Assembly: GCA_937992175.1 (NCBI GenBank)
Contig: CALKLF010000005.1
Span: 695 to 64,694 of the forward strand
Origin: an uncultured Fimbriimonadales bacterium
GTDB lineage: Bacteria; Armatimonadota; Fimbriimonadia; Fimbriimonadales; GBS-DC
DNA: 64,000 nt
Direction: 5' to 3'
The translations under genes and the position numbers were made by a program. A model generated the notes under the pieces. The model saw nothing but the letters and a program-made list of their open reading frames with translations. It was not told the origin of the DNA and made no database searches. Within the stretch, counting starts at the first letter, position 1, and each line of letters starts with the position of its first letter. Positions 36,055 through 45,802 of this stretch are shown in pieces.

Positions 36055-37019
36055 AGGTATCGCCTCCGTGTGCGCGAGCGGATGAAAATCGCCCCTGCAT
36101 TTAGCAGAAGCACAAGCATAATGAGGGTGAGGCATGCACCCCAGATAAGGTGGTCGGGCACGACGCCCGGTTGCCGATAGCCTTCAGCGAGGTAGTATGG
36201 CAGGTTCGCTACAGGCTGGCGTAGCGTTTCCCAGCCGAGCGTCAGTTGTGCAGTGGAGTAGTAGATGCTGGCAGTGAACAGCACAGGCGTCGCCTCGCCT
36301 GCGGCGCGCCCCAGCGAGAGGATAACGCCCGTCAGGATGCCCGACAGCGCGTAGGGCAGCGCGATGCGCCACAGCGTCTGCCAGCGCGATAGCCCCAGCG
36401 CAAGCCCTCCATCTATCAGCGCAGCTGGCGCGGTCTTGAGGGCGGTCTCAGTGGTCAGCACAATCACGGGCAGGCTGAACAGCGTGAGCGTACACCAACC
36501 CGCCAGCAGGCTCACGCCGAAGTGGAACTTCAGCACGAAAATCGCCAGTCCGAACAGCCCGTAGACGATGGGCGGCGTGCCCGCGAGCGCGGCGACGCTG
36601 GCGTGCATGAAGCGCATGATTCGGCTGCGCTCGCCATACTCTGCCAGACACACGCCGCCGAAGATGCCCAGCGGGGTCGCCAGCAAAAATGTGCCCAGCA
36701 TCAGCAGCAGCGAGCCGCGAATCATGGGCCACACGCCGCCTGCCGACATCCCTTCGCGCGGGGGTTGCGTCAGGAACTCCCAGCTGAGCGTCGGCGCGCC
36801 CTTGTAGGCAATCACGGCGATGAGCGCGAACACAAGCAGCGTGGTCAGCAGTCCCATGCCGCCGAATAGGGTAGTGAGCAGCGCGTTTTTGCGCAGTCGC
36901 TGCGCATCGCGCCGCGCCGCTCGCTGTTCCCACTCGCTTCGCTGAGCGATTCCGGTTAGCGTCGCTTCGGTTTGCATAACTCTCTCGTAGCTTGGACATT
37001 CTTTTCCAAGCCCCTCCAC
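36051..37019 (-). CDS. pstA: Phosphate ABC transporter permease PstA
   Basis: Polytopic permease downstream of pstC, with the EAA-like region ALGLSRWQTLWRIALP. The start is ambiguous (GTG 37019 or ATG 36977). Confidence 0.85.
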   Translation of the reverse strand: MEGLGKECPSYERVMQTEATLTGIAQRSEWEQRAARRDAQRLRKNALLTTLFGGMGLLTTLLVFALIAVIAYKGAPTLSWEFLTQPPREGMSAGGVWPMIRGSLLLMLGTFLLATPLGIFGGVCLAEYGERSRIMRFMHASVAALAGTPPIVYGLFGLAIFVLKFHFGVSLLAGWCTLTLFSLPVIVLTTETALKTAPAALIDGGLALGLSRWQTLWRIALPYALSGILTGVILSLGRAAGEATPVLFTASIYYSTAQLTLGWETLRQPVANLPYYLAEGYRQPGVVPDHLIWGACLTLIMLVLLLNAGAIFIRSRTRRRYL

Positions 37020-37040
37020 ACACGGACAGGATTGTCCGTG

Positions 37041-38522
37041 CTACAGTTGGAGCTGCGCTCGCTTACGGTAGACAAACCCCAGCAGGTTAATCCCCAGCGT
37101 CAGCACGAACAGGGTCAACCCCAGCAAGAACAGGTGTCCATAGTGGGGGCTTTCGAACTCGACATTCCCCATCTCAATGGCGATGGTGTCAGGAATGCCG
37201 CGCGTCGGTTTGACCAGCGTACCCAGCGCGGCGGTTGGCGAACTGAAGTCGGGCATCGTGGGCGTGCCGCCGCTAAGAATCCACACAATCATCGTCTCGC
37301 CCATTACCCGCGCCACGCCCAGCAACAGCGCGGCAATCAGTCCACTTTTCGCCGCGGGAAGTATCACCAACCGAATACGCTCGGCGAGGGTTAGACCCAA
37401 TGCCTCCGCGCCCTCACGCAGGCTGTTCGGCACGGCGCGCAGCGCGTCCTCCGAAAGCGAGATTATCGTGGGCAGGATAAATACGGTCATCATCAGCGCG
37501 GTCGCCAGCAAGCCGCGCCCCGAAGTGAGCTGTAGCCCTTCGGCAAAGAGCCGCTGCAGCCACGGCGCAATCAGCATCACGCCAAAGTAGCCCAGCACGA
37601 CCGTCGGAATCGCCGCCAGAATCTCCAGAATCGGCTTGAACCACTCCCGTACCCGCGGCGACGCCTGCTCGCTCAGGTACACGGCGGCAGCAATCCCCAG
37701 CGGCGTCGCGAATAACATCGAGAGCGCAGTAATCAGGAGCGTCGCCAGCAGCAGAGGCAGCATCCCGAAACGCGCGTACAGAATCGTCGGTGCCCAATCG
37801 GGCTTGAGGAACTGCTGGATCGTCGCCAGCGTCGTGGTGGTCGTCGGGCGCGCCTCCAGCTCAAAGAGGTAGCCCTTGAGATACTCCTCTGGCGAGTGCG
37901 CTTTCCACACAGGCAGCGCAAGGCGTCCCTTGGGCTGCTGGTTTAGGTTAACCTCGATGGGGTCAATTCGCACGCCTTCAGGAGCGCGTACCAAGCGCAG
38001 GCGGAACTCGTAGGGCGCGTAGGCAGGGTCAAAAGAGACATCGGGTTCCCACGCCAGCTCCATCGTGTCGCCGTTGTAGGTGGGCATCGCGAACGCAAGC
38101 AGCAGGAACCGCTCGCCCTGTTCAGCGCGTTTCGGCGCGCGCATGCAGTCGCGGAACAGTTCGTCAGGGCGCAGCCGATTGAGGTCCGCTGTCTGCGCTG
38201 TGGCTGTGACCAGCGGCTGCATCGAGACGAGTTCCTCGTGGAGAGGCAGGCGTGTGGCGTCTTCGGCGTCGTCTAACTCGTCGCTGCCCTCGCGGTGCGC
38301 CGCCAACAGGCTCGCCGTCGGATCCATCGAGATATCATCGCGATACTCGCTGTTGAGGGGCTGCAGCGCAACGCGAAACCCGAAAGGAAATTTGCGAGCG
38401 AAGGCATACTGCGACTCGGCGAACAGGTAGTAAAACACGGCGAGGATGGTCAGGATAAGCAAGCCTCCTGCCATCCATGTCGCCGCTTGCACAAGGTTAT
38501 CGAACAGTCGGGTACGCCACAT
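37041..38522 (-). CDS. pstC: Phosphate ABC transporter permease PstC, long form with a ~230-aa periplasmic insertion after TM1
   Basis: 493 aa. The C-terminal ~260 aa form a permease core (EGAEALGLTLAERIRLVILPAAKSG). The N-terminal extension has no match I recognise. Confidence 0.85.
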   Translation of the reverse strand: MWRTRLFDNLVQAATWMAGGLLILTILAVFYYLFAESQYAFARKFPFGFRVALQPLNSEYRDDISMDPTASLLAAHREGSDELDDAEDATRLPLHEELVSMQPLVTATAQTADLNRLRPDELFRDCMRAPKRAEQGERFLLLAFAMPTYNGDTMELAWEPDVSFDPAYAPYEFRLRLVRAPEGVRIDPIEVNLNQQPKGRLALPVWKAHSPEEYLKGYLFELEARPTTTTTLATIQQFLKPDWAPTILYARFGMLPLLLATLLITALSMLFATPLGIAAAVYLSEQASPRVREWFKPILEILAAIPTVVLGYFGVMLIAPWLQRLFAEGLQLTSGRGLLATALMMTVFILPTIISLSEDALRAVPNSLREGAEALGLTLAERIRLVILPAAKSGLIAALLLGVARVMGETMIVWILSGGTPTMPDFSSPTAALGTLVKPTRGIPDTIAIEMGNVEFESPHYGHLFLLGLTLFVLTLGINLLGFVYRKRAQLQL

Positions 38523-38569
38523 AGAGGATTAATAGGGTAGGAGCAGGGTCGCCCTGCCCCTCCCCCTGC

Positions 38570-39424
38570 TTACGGATTCAGACTGTAGTAGCCGACCTCT
38601 TCCACCAGCGACTGCCCCTCTTTGGACAGCACCCAGTTGATGAAGTTCGCGACCTCGCCGCGGGGTCTGCCGTTCGTGTAGAAGTAGAGGTAGCGCCAGA
38701 TGGGGTATTTACGGCTACGCACATTCTCCTCGGTCGGCGCGTAGGCGGTGTCGCCCTCCTTCGCCGCGATTTTGAGGATTTTGAGACCGGGACGATTCTT
38801 GAAGTAGGCTGCACCGCCGTAGCCAATCCCGCCGAGAGTACGGGCGACCTCGCGCGCCTCCTCGCTGGTGGAGGGCATAAAGCGCACGCCGCGCCCCCAG
38901 TTCTGGTTGCGCAACACATTCTGCTGGAAGAAGCCGTAGGTTCCCGAATTGCTGTCGCGACTGAACACGACGATGGGCAAATCGGGACCGCCGACCTGCT
39001 TCCAGTTGGTGATTTGTCCGATGTAGATGCGGCGCAGCTGATCTAATGTGAGCGACTCGACGGGGTTCGAGGCGTTTACACAGATTGCCAGACCGTCTAA
39101 CGCCACCGGGATCTCGTTCACCACGACGCCGCGGCTGCGCGCGCGATCCACTTCCGACTTGCGCATCGGGCGCGAGGCTGCACAGATATCCGTCACGCCG
39201 TTAATGAGCGCGTTGATGCCGATGCTCGACCCGCCGCCCGTGACAGAGACGCTTACGCGCGGGTTCACGCGCCCATACGCCTCCGCCCAGCGCTGGTTCA
39301 GAATCAGCATCGTATCCGAGCCTTTAATCGTGATGCTTTGCTGGCTCAGCCAGCTGGAAGCGGTCAGCCCGAGCAGCGCCGCCCCACTCCCTAAAACTAT
39401 AGCCAGTCGTTTGAGTGTCATCAT
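38570..39424 (-). CDS. pstS: Phosphate-binding protein PstS
   Basis: IKGSDTMLILNQRWAEAY...VTGGGSSIGINALINGVTDI. ATG 39424 is preceded by GGAGGGAGG. Confidence 0.9.
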   Translation of the reverse strand: MMTLKRLAIVLGSGAALLGLTASSWLSQQSITIKGSDTMLILNQRWAEAYGRVNPRVSVSVTGGGSSIGINALINGVTDICAASRPMRKSEVDRARSRGVVVNEIPVALDGLAICVNASNPVESLTLDQLRRIYIGQITNWKQVGGPDLPIVVFSRDSNSGTYGFFQQNVLRNQNWGRGVRFMPSTSEEAREVARTLGGIGYGGAAYFKNRPGLKILKIAAKEGDTAYAPTEENVRSRKYPIWRYLYFYTNGRPRGEVANFINWVLSKEGQSLVEEVGYYSLNP

Positions 39425-39438
39425 TTGCCTCCCTCCAA

Positions 39439-40758
39439 TCAGTAGCGATACTGCAGGCGAATCGTCCATGCGTTGTTGCGCACTTCCGTACCCTCTTCAT
39501 CGGGGATCTCATAGGCGGCGGTCAGGCGGGCGTTGGGGTTGATGAAGTAGCTATAGGCGAAGCCCCAGGTGCGCGTGCTGTCGCCGCCCCGTCCCGTGTC
39601 GGGGTCGAACACATCGTAGCGCACTGTGAAAAAGTTGCGATAGTTTAAGCGATAGGTGGTTTGCAGCTGGTAGCCCAGGATGTTGGTAGGACGAGTGTAT
39701 CGCGGCACAGTGACGCCGCTCACAGTGCGCGTGGTGGGTACGCGGTCCTTGCCCAGCATCAGCTCGCCGCGCAAAGTTAGCCCTTCAGTGAGGAAATCCA
39801 GCACCGAGGCGTCCACATAGATGAACTCACGGTCAGCAGGGCGCACCTGCGTCGGCTGATTGTTATTGTTCGGGTCGTTGAAAGTGAACCCCGGTCGCTT
39901 GCCGAAAAAGCCCGCGATCCCGAACTCGTAGCCGAGCGTGTAGTAGCGCCAACCTGCGTGCCACGCCGGCGTGCTGCCCACATTCCCGAAAGTGTTCGCT
40001 GCGGTCTGCTGCGGGTCGAGGAAAGTCAGGCTATTCCAGACCCCGAAGTGCGCGAACGAGTTATTGCTTAGCCCATAGCGCAAGAACACGCCGCGCCCGC
40101 GCTCGCCCGCGAACATCGTGCGGTTGTAAAGCGCACGCTCAGGCATCTCACGCTCGCCAGAAGAGCGTTCCAACTCATAGCCCAGCGGCAACGGCTGCTG
40201 CCCCACGAGCAGCTGCACGCCCACGCGCTCCACGGTCGGCTCGATGTCCCAGATGAGCTGCGCGTCGCGCAATTCCGCCGAAATGCGCTGCGATCCCGTC
40301 GACACATCGAACGCGAGACGCATCTGGGTACGCGGGTCGATGACATTCGTCTGGCTGATACGGAAACGGCGCATCTGGAACCCTTCGCCAGGGCGGTTCT
40401 CCTGCGAATCGAACCACTGGAACTGCATGTAGTTGCCAGGGCGGAACCGCAGCGCTTCCGCAAGGTTCGTTTGAATGACGGGGATGGTCTCCTGCGATTG
40501 CTCTTCAATATACAGGCGCACCTCCTCCATCTCGCGCTGCAGTGCTTCGAGTTGCTTTTGCAGCTCGTCGATGCGCCGTTGCAGTTCCTGTACGCGCTGG
40601 GTATCCTGCGCCGCAGTGCTGCGCTCGGCGCGAGTTTTGGCAGACAGGGTCGCTCGGGTCGCAGCGGTCTCCTCCGCCCGCGCCGCTGCGCCCAACCCGC
40701 TCATAACAAGACAACTCGCCACAAGAGTTGCACGACAGAACCTCCATGTAGGTCGCAT
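39439..40758 (-). CDS. Outer-membrane porin, phosphate-selective porin O/P-like, with an N-terminal coiled coil
   Basis: Signal peptide. Coiled coil QELQRRIDELQKQLEALQREMEEV. Beta-barrel body ending ...WTIRLQYRY*. First gene of the pst operon. Confidence 0.65.
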   Translation of the reverse strand: MRPTWRFCRATLVASCLVMSGLGAAARAEETAATRATLSAKTRAERSTAAQDTQRVQELQRRIDELQKQLEALQREMEEVRLYIEEQSQETIPVIQTNLAEALRFRPGNYMQFQWFDSQENRPGEGFQMRRFRISQTNVIDPRTQMRLAFDVSTGSQRISAELRDAQLIWDIEPTVERVGVQLLVGQQPLPLGYELERSSGEREMPERALYNRTMFAGERGRGVFLRYGLSNNSFAHFGVWNSLTFLDPQQTAANTFGNVGSTPAWHAGWRYYTLGYEFGIAGFFGKRPGFTFNDPNNNNQPTQVRPADREFIYVDASVLDFLTEGLTLRGELMLGKDRVPTTRTVSGVTVPRYTRPTNILGYQLQTTYRLNYRNFFTVRYDVFDPDTGRGGDSTRTWGFAYSYFINPNARLTAAYEIPDEEGTEVRNNAWTIRLQYRY

Positions 40759-40945
40759 TACTGCGCCTCCTTAAAGGAGAAGTTTTACTGCCCTTGCCTC
40801 ATCGCCCCGCGTTCAGAACCGTCTTAGCACACGCACAGAATGGGCTTCAGAGAATGCGCCGTCGGTTCTTTGAGGGGCGCGCCTGAAAGGGTCGCCAAAA
40901 CCGCCAGTGCGATCTTGGAAGCGGAAATAGTATTGACGAGTGGAT

Positions 40946-40962
40946 GTTAAGGCTGAGTTAAG
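40946..40962 (-). promoter_or_regulatory. Candidate Pho box: two CTTAAC hexamers with 11-bp periodicity, 13 nt upstream of a TACTAT -10 (40927-40932)
   Basis: Minus strand reads CTTAACtcagcCTTAACatccactcgtcaaTACTAT, about 190 nt upstream of the porin ATG. Confidence 0.35.
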
Positions 40963-41014
40963 GGAGAGCGCAGCGTGGTCTCGCCTGTTGCTTTGTGAAA
41001 AAATGCACAGACGC

Positions 41015-41044
41015 TTGCATGCGCTTCGGGGTTTCGGGTACAAT
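41015..41044 (+). promoter_or_regulatory. ctaB promoter: TTGCAT-N18-TACAAT, with the -10 box 8 nt upstream of the ATG (leaderless)
   Basis: Reads TTGCATgcgcttcggggtttcgggTACAATaagcgcgtATG. Confidence 0.55.
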
Positions 41045-41052
41045 AAGCGCGT

Positions 41053-41958
41053 ATGAAGACCGCCGTGCGTCTGACGGGCGCTTCGCAACTGGAGTGGGCG
41101 ATGCAGAAACTGCATGCGTACTGGCTCTTGAGCAAGCCGCGTGTGACGATCCTGGTCTGGCTCACGACGGCGGCGGGCTTGACGCTGGGGGGCTGGGGGC
41201 AGACGCTCTCGGCGGGGCTAATTGCAGCGACGCTGCTCGGCTCATGGCTGGTGATTGCGTCCGCGAACGCGCTCAATCAGGCGTATGAGTGGCGTCGAGA
41301 CGCTTTAATGACTCGCACGGCGCAGCGCCCGATTCCGTCGGGGCGCATCAGCCCGTGGGAAGGCTGGCTTGTGGGCACACTGTGGGGCGCATTGGGGACG
41401 CTTACACTTGCGCTCTGGGTGAACCTGCCAGTGGCGGTTCTGGGCGCGGTCTCGACTCTGCTCTATGCTTTTGCCTACACGCCGCTCAAGCAGCGCACGC
41501 ACTTCAGCACGGCGATTGGCGCGATTCCCGGCGCGATTCCCCCGATGGCGGGCTGGGTGGCGGCGCAGAGTGGGTTTTCTATTGAGGCTTGGCTTCTGTT
41601 CGCGTTGCAGTTCGTGTGGCAGTTCCCGCACTTCTGGGCGATTGCGTGGCTCTATCGCGACGAGTATGCGAAGGCGGGGTTCCATATGCTCCCATATCCC
41701 GACGCGACGGCGGAGGCGACGGCGCGACTCGCGCTCTGGTACACCCTCGCGATGATCGCGATTAGCCTGATGTTCGCGCCGTTCGCGACGCAAGGGTGGC
41801 TCTATCTGTTCGGCGCGGCGACACTGGGGCTATGGGCGTTGCGTGCAGCGTATCGGTTCCTCAAAACGCCTGAGGCGATTTCCAGTGCGCGCGGCGTGCT
41901 GATGAGCTCTGTGCTGTACCTGCCGTTGTTGTTTATCTGGATGATTGTCAGTCTATAG
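41053..41958 (+). CDS. ctaB: Protoheme IX farnesyltransferase (heme O synthase)
   Basis: YWLLSKPRVTILV; NALNQAYEWRRDALMTRTAQRPIPSGR. Polytopic UbiA-family protein. Confidence 0.9.
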   Translation: MKTAVRLTGASQLEWAMQKLHAYWLLSKPRVTILVWLTTAAGLTLGGWGQTLSAGLIAATLLGSWLVIASANALNQAYEWRRDALMTRTAQRPIPSGRISPWEGWLVGTLWGALGTLTLALWVNLPVAVLGAVSTLLYAFAYTPLKQRTHFSTAIGAIPGAIPPMAGWVAAQSGFSIEAWLLFALQFVWQFPHFWAIAWLYRDEYAKAGFHMLPYPDATAEATARLALWYTLAMIAISLMFAPFATQGWLYLFGAATLGLWALRAAYRFLKTPEAISSARGVLMSSVLYLPLLFIWMIVSL

Positions 41959-41960
41959 CT

Positions 41961-42596
41961 ATGAAACTCAAGAGTCGTCCTCAGGCATTTGGTCGGGGCG
42001 TGGGCGAGGGGGGCTTGCCCCCGCGCTATCGCGGCGACGGCGACAGCGGCGGCGAGCCGCCGTTCGATCGGTTTCAGGTGGCGCGGCTGGGGCTGTATAT
42101 CTTCCTCGGCGCGCTGACCGCCATGTTTGGGGCGTTGGCGGCGCTCTACCTGCTGCGCACGCCCGCGCGCTCCGACTTTGTGTTTCAGATGCCAAAGCTC
42201 AGCTGGATCAGCACGGCGGTCATCTTGCTGAGCAGTGTTCCATGCCAGGCGGCGCTGAACGCGGCGCGGGCAGACAACCCACGCGGCGTCTGGCGCGGCA
42301 TGGCGCTCACATTACTGCTCGGCGCCTTGTTCCTGAGCCTGCAGCTGGGCAGCTGGGGCGAGATTGCGCGCCAACTGCAGGGCGCACCCGCGCACTTCTT
42401 CACCTCAATGTTCTATGTCATCAGCGCGACGCACGGGTTACACCTGCTCGGCGGGCTGGTCTTTGTGGGCTACCTGCTTTATCAGGCGCAGGTGCAGTGC
42501 GCTGCCAACCCCCAGTATGTCGAACTCGGCGCGATTTACTGGCACTTTCTGGGCGTCCTCTGGGCGGCGCTGTTCGGCGTGCTGCTCATCAAGTGA
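41961..42596 (+). CDS. Heme-copper oxidase subunit III-family protein
   Basis: FFTSMFYVISATHGLHLLGGLV...YWHFLGVLWAALFGVLLIK. Confidence 0.75.
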   Translation: MKLKSRPQAFGRGVGEGGLPPRYRGDGDSGGEPPFDRFQVARLGLYIFLGALTAMFGALAALYLLRTPARSDFVFQMPKLSWISTAVILLSSVPCQAALNAARADNPRGVWRGMALTLLLGALFLSLQLGSWGEIARQLQGAPAHFFTSMFYVISATHGLHLLGGLVFVGYLLYQAQVQCAANPQYVELGAIYWHFLGVLWAALFGVLLIK

Positions 42597-42599
42597 GGC

Positions 42600-43211
42600 A
42601 TGGCGATGCGCGGCATGATGCTGTTTGCGTGGGGATTGCTAGCGCTGGCGATTGCGGCGTTCGTGTTCGCGCTCTACTCGCGTCAGGCGGCGCTCAACAA
42701 GGAGGAGCCGTTACCCATCCTCGGCGAGGTCAATACACCCTTTGAGTTCCAAAACCAGTGGGGCGAGACCATCACGCGCGACGCTTTCCAAGGCAAGGTG
42801 TGGGTCGCCTACTTCTTTTTCACCACCTGTCCCAGCATCTGCCCAATCATGAACCGCAATGCCACCGATGTGCAGACCGAGTTCGCCCAGAATCCCGATG
42901 TGCTGATTGCGGGATTCACGGTGGACCCCGAGAACGACACGGTCGCCGTGCTGAGGAAGTGGAGCGAACGACATAAGGCGCAGCGCAGCAAGTGGCACTT
43001 CCTCACGGGCAAACGCGAGACGCTCTACAACCTCTCGCGCGAAACCTTCAAACTCGGCGCGGAGCCAGGCGGTGAAGACCACCCAATCGTGCACAGCGAC
43101 AAACTGGTGCTGATTGACCGTCAGGGGCGTATTCGGGGCTACTACTCGGGCGTCAACCGCGAAGAGGTACAGCGGCTGCTGCAGGATATTTATCGGGTGT
43201 TGGAGAAGTGA
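42600..43211 (+). CDS. SCO1/SenC-family copper chaperone (thioredoxin fold)
   Basis: GKVWVAYFFFTTCPSICPIM (CxxxC) and HSDKLVLIDRQGRIRGYY. Confidence 0.85.
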   Translation: MAMRGMMLFAWGLLALAIAAFVFALYSRQAALNKEEPLPILGEVNTPFEFQNQWGETITRDAFQGKVWVAYFFFTTCPSICPIMNRNATDVQTEFAQNPDVLIAGFTVDPENDTVAVLRKWSERHKAQRSKWHFLTGKRETLYNLSRETFKLGAEPGGEDHPIVHSDKLVLIDRQGRIRGYYSGVNREEVQRLLQDIYRVLEK

Positions 43212-43256
43212 TTGGGTACGGATGTTCCTGTCCGTGCTACAAAATGGGGGACGCAG

Positions 43257-44501
43257 ATGACACAGACAACAGACGCCCGACCCGTGGGCGAGTCGGAGCG
43301 CATTCACGCGCTGGACGCCCTGCGGGGTATTGCGCTGCTGGGAATCTTGATGGTGAATATGGGTTCGTTCAAGGGGTTATCGACGCTGGAAATGTTCCCA
43401 CGCATAGAAAGCCTCGCGCAACCTGCCGACCAGATCGCCTTCTGGCTCATTCAGGCGTTGTTCGTGGCTAAGTTCTACCCGATTTTCGCCTTCCTGTTCG
43501 GACTGGGGTTCGCGTTGCAGATGGGGCGACTGGAGGCGCGCGGGCTGAATCCGACCGAGATTATGCTGCGGCGGCTACTGGTGCTGCTGGGTTTTGGCGC
43601 GCTCCACGGGCTGTTCATCTGGACGGGCGATGTGCTGTTGATTTACGCACTGTCGGGGATGATGCTTTTGCTGTTTCGCAATCTCAGTCCCCGCGCACTG
43701 CTCTACTGGGTATTGGGATTATGGGGTGTGCAGTCGCTCTGCTGTGTGAGTTGCAGCGGTCTTGTCTTTGTGAGCGCGCCTTTCGGGGGCGGCGGCACTG
43801 CAGGAAGCGACTTCCTTGCCTCCTATATCGAGCAGGGACGACAGGCATACGCCACAGGAAGCTACTGGGAAGCGCAGAAGTTCCGCTTCATCGAGTGGCT
43901 GCTGATGTTCACGAACGCGATTTTCTTCGCGCCGAATGTGCTGATGATGTTCCTGCTGGGGCTTTACTTCGGCAAGGTGGGAGTCTTTGAGCGGCTGCAC
44001 GAGTATCGTCGGCTGATGTTCTGGCTTGGGGGCGTTGGGCTAATCGTCGGACTGGCGACGAACGGGCTATACGCGACGGGCTTACTGAACGCGCTCCGCG
44101 CCGAGAACGAACTACTTAGCTACGCCTGGCTCACGCTGGAGGTTGTCTTCGGACCAATCCTTGCGCTGGGGTATATTGGCGCGTTCGGCTGGCTGTGGAC
44201 GGCGTGGGAGGGGCTACAACGCGCCCTCTCGCCCGTCGCCGCCGCGGGACGGATGGCGCTCACAAACTATCTGACGCAATCGGTGGTCTGCACGCTGCTC
44301 TTCTACGGCTATGGGATGGGGCTGCATGGCAAAGTCGGAATCGCGCAGGGTGTTGGGTTGACTGTGCTGGTCTGGGGCGTGCAGGTCGTGTTGAGTGCAC
44401 TCTGGCTGGTGCGCTACCAGTACGGTCCGATGGAGTGGCTGTGGCGGAGCCTCACCTACGGCAAGCGTCCGCCGATGCGTCGGTTGCCTGAGGCGACCTA
44501 A
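43257..44501 (+). CDS. DUF418 (YeiB-like) membrane protein
   Basis: ERIHALDALRGIALLGILMVNM; MALTNYLTQSVVCTLLFYGYG; GPMEWLWRSLTY. Confidence 0.75.
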   Translation: MTQTTDARPVGESERIHALDALRGIALLGILMVNMGSFKGLSTLEMFPRIESLAQPADQIAFWLIQALFVAKFYPIFAFLFGLGFALQMGRLEARGLNPTEIMLRRLLVLLGFGALHGLFIWTGDVLLIYALSGMMLLLFRNLSPRALLYWVLGLWGVQSLCCVSCSGLVFVSAPFGGGGTAGSDFLASYIEQGRQAYATGSYWEAQKFRFIEWLLMFTNAIFFAPNVLMMFLLGLYFGKVGVFERLHEYRRLMFWLGGVGLIVGLATNGLYATGLLNALRAENELLSYAWLTLEVVFGPILALGYIGAFGWLWTAWEGLQRALSPVAAAGRMALTNYLTQSVVCTLLFYGYGMGLHGKVGIAQGVGLTVLVWGVQVVLSALWLVRYQYGPMEWLWRSLTYGKRPPMRRLPEAT

Positions 44502-45511
44502 GCCGCCACGCGGTCGCGCCCCGCCTGCTTCGCCTGATAGAGGAGCGCGTCCGTGCGACGGAGCCATTCGTCCTCGCTCTCGTGGAGTTGCAGCTCGCTG
44601 ACGCCGATTGAGACCGTCAGGCGCAGCGGTTCGCCTTCGGAGAGCGACATCGGGCTTTTGCGCACCTGCTCGGCTAACTGCTGGGCGATTTTCTGGGCGT
44701 CGCGCAGCGAGGTCTCGCGCAGGATTATCACGAACTCCTCGCCGCCGTAGCGCGCGGCGAAGTCGCTCTTGCGCTTGCACACGCGCACTATCTGCTCGGC
44801 GACCCACTTCAACGCTGCATCGCCGACCGCGTGCCCATAGGCGTCGTTAATCTGCTTGAAATGGTCGATATCGAGTAGCAGCATGGTCGCGGGATAGCCA
44901 AAGAGCCGATTCAGCCCGACGGTGTGGCGCAGCGTCTCTTCAAATGCCCTGCGGTTGTAAAGTCCTGTGAGTGGGTCGGTCGTGCTTTCGCGACGCGCCT
45001 GCGCGAGTTCGCGCATCAAATGGTGTATCTGCCCTTGCAGTTGATTGAGGGTCTGGCGGTGGCGTTGCTCGCGCTGCTCGATCAGGCTTGTCAGCGACTG
45101 CAGGGTCTGGCGCAGGGTTTGAATATTTAGGGCGTCGGGGCGCTGAGTCTGCTGCGTGAGCTGTTGCACCTGCTGGCGCAGGGCGGCGTCGTCCTGCACT
45201 TCGCCCTGAGCGACTCTCGAAAGCGCGCTCAGCAGGCGCCACGCCAGATCGCGCAGGTCGTTCAAGTGTCCCTCGACGAACTGCTGCTCGTCGCGCCGCT
45301 GCTGACGGACAAACGGGATGATTCCGTCCAGTTCGCCTGCCTGCGCCTGCCCGCTCAGCTCGGAAAACGCCTGGCGCGTCGTCTGGGCGGCGCGGCGGTG
45401 CGTCTCGAAGGCATGTTCGCCCAGAATGGAGAGCAACTCGGCAAGGAGCATCCGTTCGTAGGGCGCGTCGCCCCCCGCGAGTTGCCAGAGCCACGACCTC
45501 AACCTGCTCAC
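44498..45511 (-). CDS. Diguanylate cyclase (GGDEF) with an N-terminal coiled-coil sensor region
   Basis: DPLTGLYNRRAFEE...LLLDIDHFKQINDAYGH...RYGGEEFVIIL. Confidence 0.9.
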   Translation of the reverse strand: MSRLRSWLWQLAGGDAPYERMLLAELLSILGEHAFETHRRAAQTTRQAFSELSGQAQAGELDGIIPFVRQQRRDEQQFVEGHLNDLRDLAWRLLSALSRVAQGEVQDDAALRQQVQQLTQQTQRPDALNIQTLRQTLQSLTSLIEQREQRHRQTLNQLQGQIHHLMRELAQARRESTTDPLTGLYNRRAFEETLRHTVGLNRLFGYPATMLLLDIDHFKQINDAYGHAVGDAALKWVAEQIVRVCKRKSDFAARYGGEEFVIILRETSLRDAQKIAQQLAEQVRKSPMSLSEGEPLRLTVSIGVSELQLHESEDEWLRRTDALLYQAKQAGRDRVAA

Positions 45512-45518
45512 GAAGGGT

Positions 45519-45524
45519 ATTATC
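45519..45524 (-). promoter_or_regulatory. -10 box GATAAT, 7 nt upstream of the GGDEF-gene GTG; leaderless-type promoter
   Basis: Minus strand reads ccGATAATacccttcGTG. Confidence 0.4.
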
Positions 45525-45661
45525 GGCAGAGGCGGGACGATTTATGGAGTGAGAATGCGCCTCCTAAGTTCGCAGCGGAGGCAGAGCCGTATCCTCTTAT
45601 CAGACCTGCAGGAGGGAAGAACATCTGAAAAATCACGAGAGTCGAGGCGCTACTGTTGTTT

Positions 45662-45711
45662 GCCCTCACCCCCAGCCTCTCTCCCACGGCGTGGGAGAGA
45701 GGACGAGGGCG
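45662..45711. repeat. G/C-run nested-hairpin repeat (family copy B)
   Basis: gccctcacccccagCCTCTCTCCCACggcGTGGGAGAGAGGacgagggc. It is near-identical to the reverse complement of 4346-4385. Confidence 0.7.
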
Positions 45712-45802
45712 AAAAAAGTGCTTCCTGCCTTCTCGCCGAGCTTAGCCGTTGTACCCTTATCAGAGAGGAGTCGAGGAATCTCGGCGTAGTGAGCAACTCA
45801 AA

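Noticed and set aside
45662-45711. Copy B hairpin as the intrinsic terminator of lpdA.
   Set aside because: On the lpdA (minus) strand the T-run precedes rather than follows the hairpin. On the plus strand the hairpin is followed by an A-run. The geometry does not fit a canonical Rho-independent terminator.
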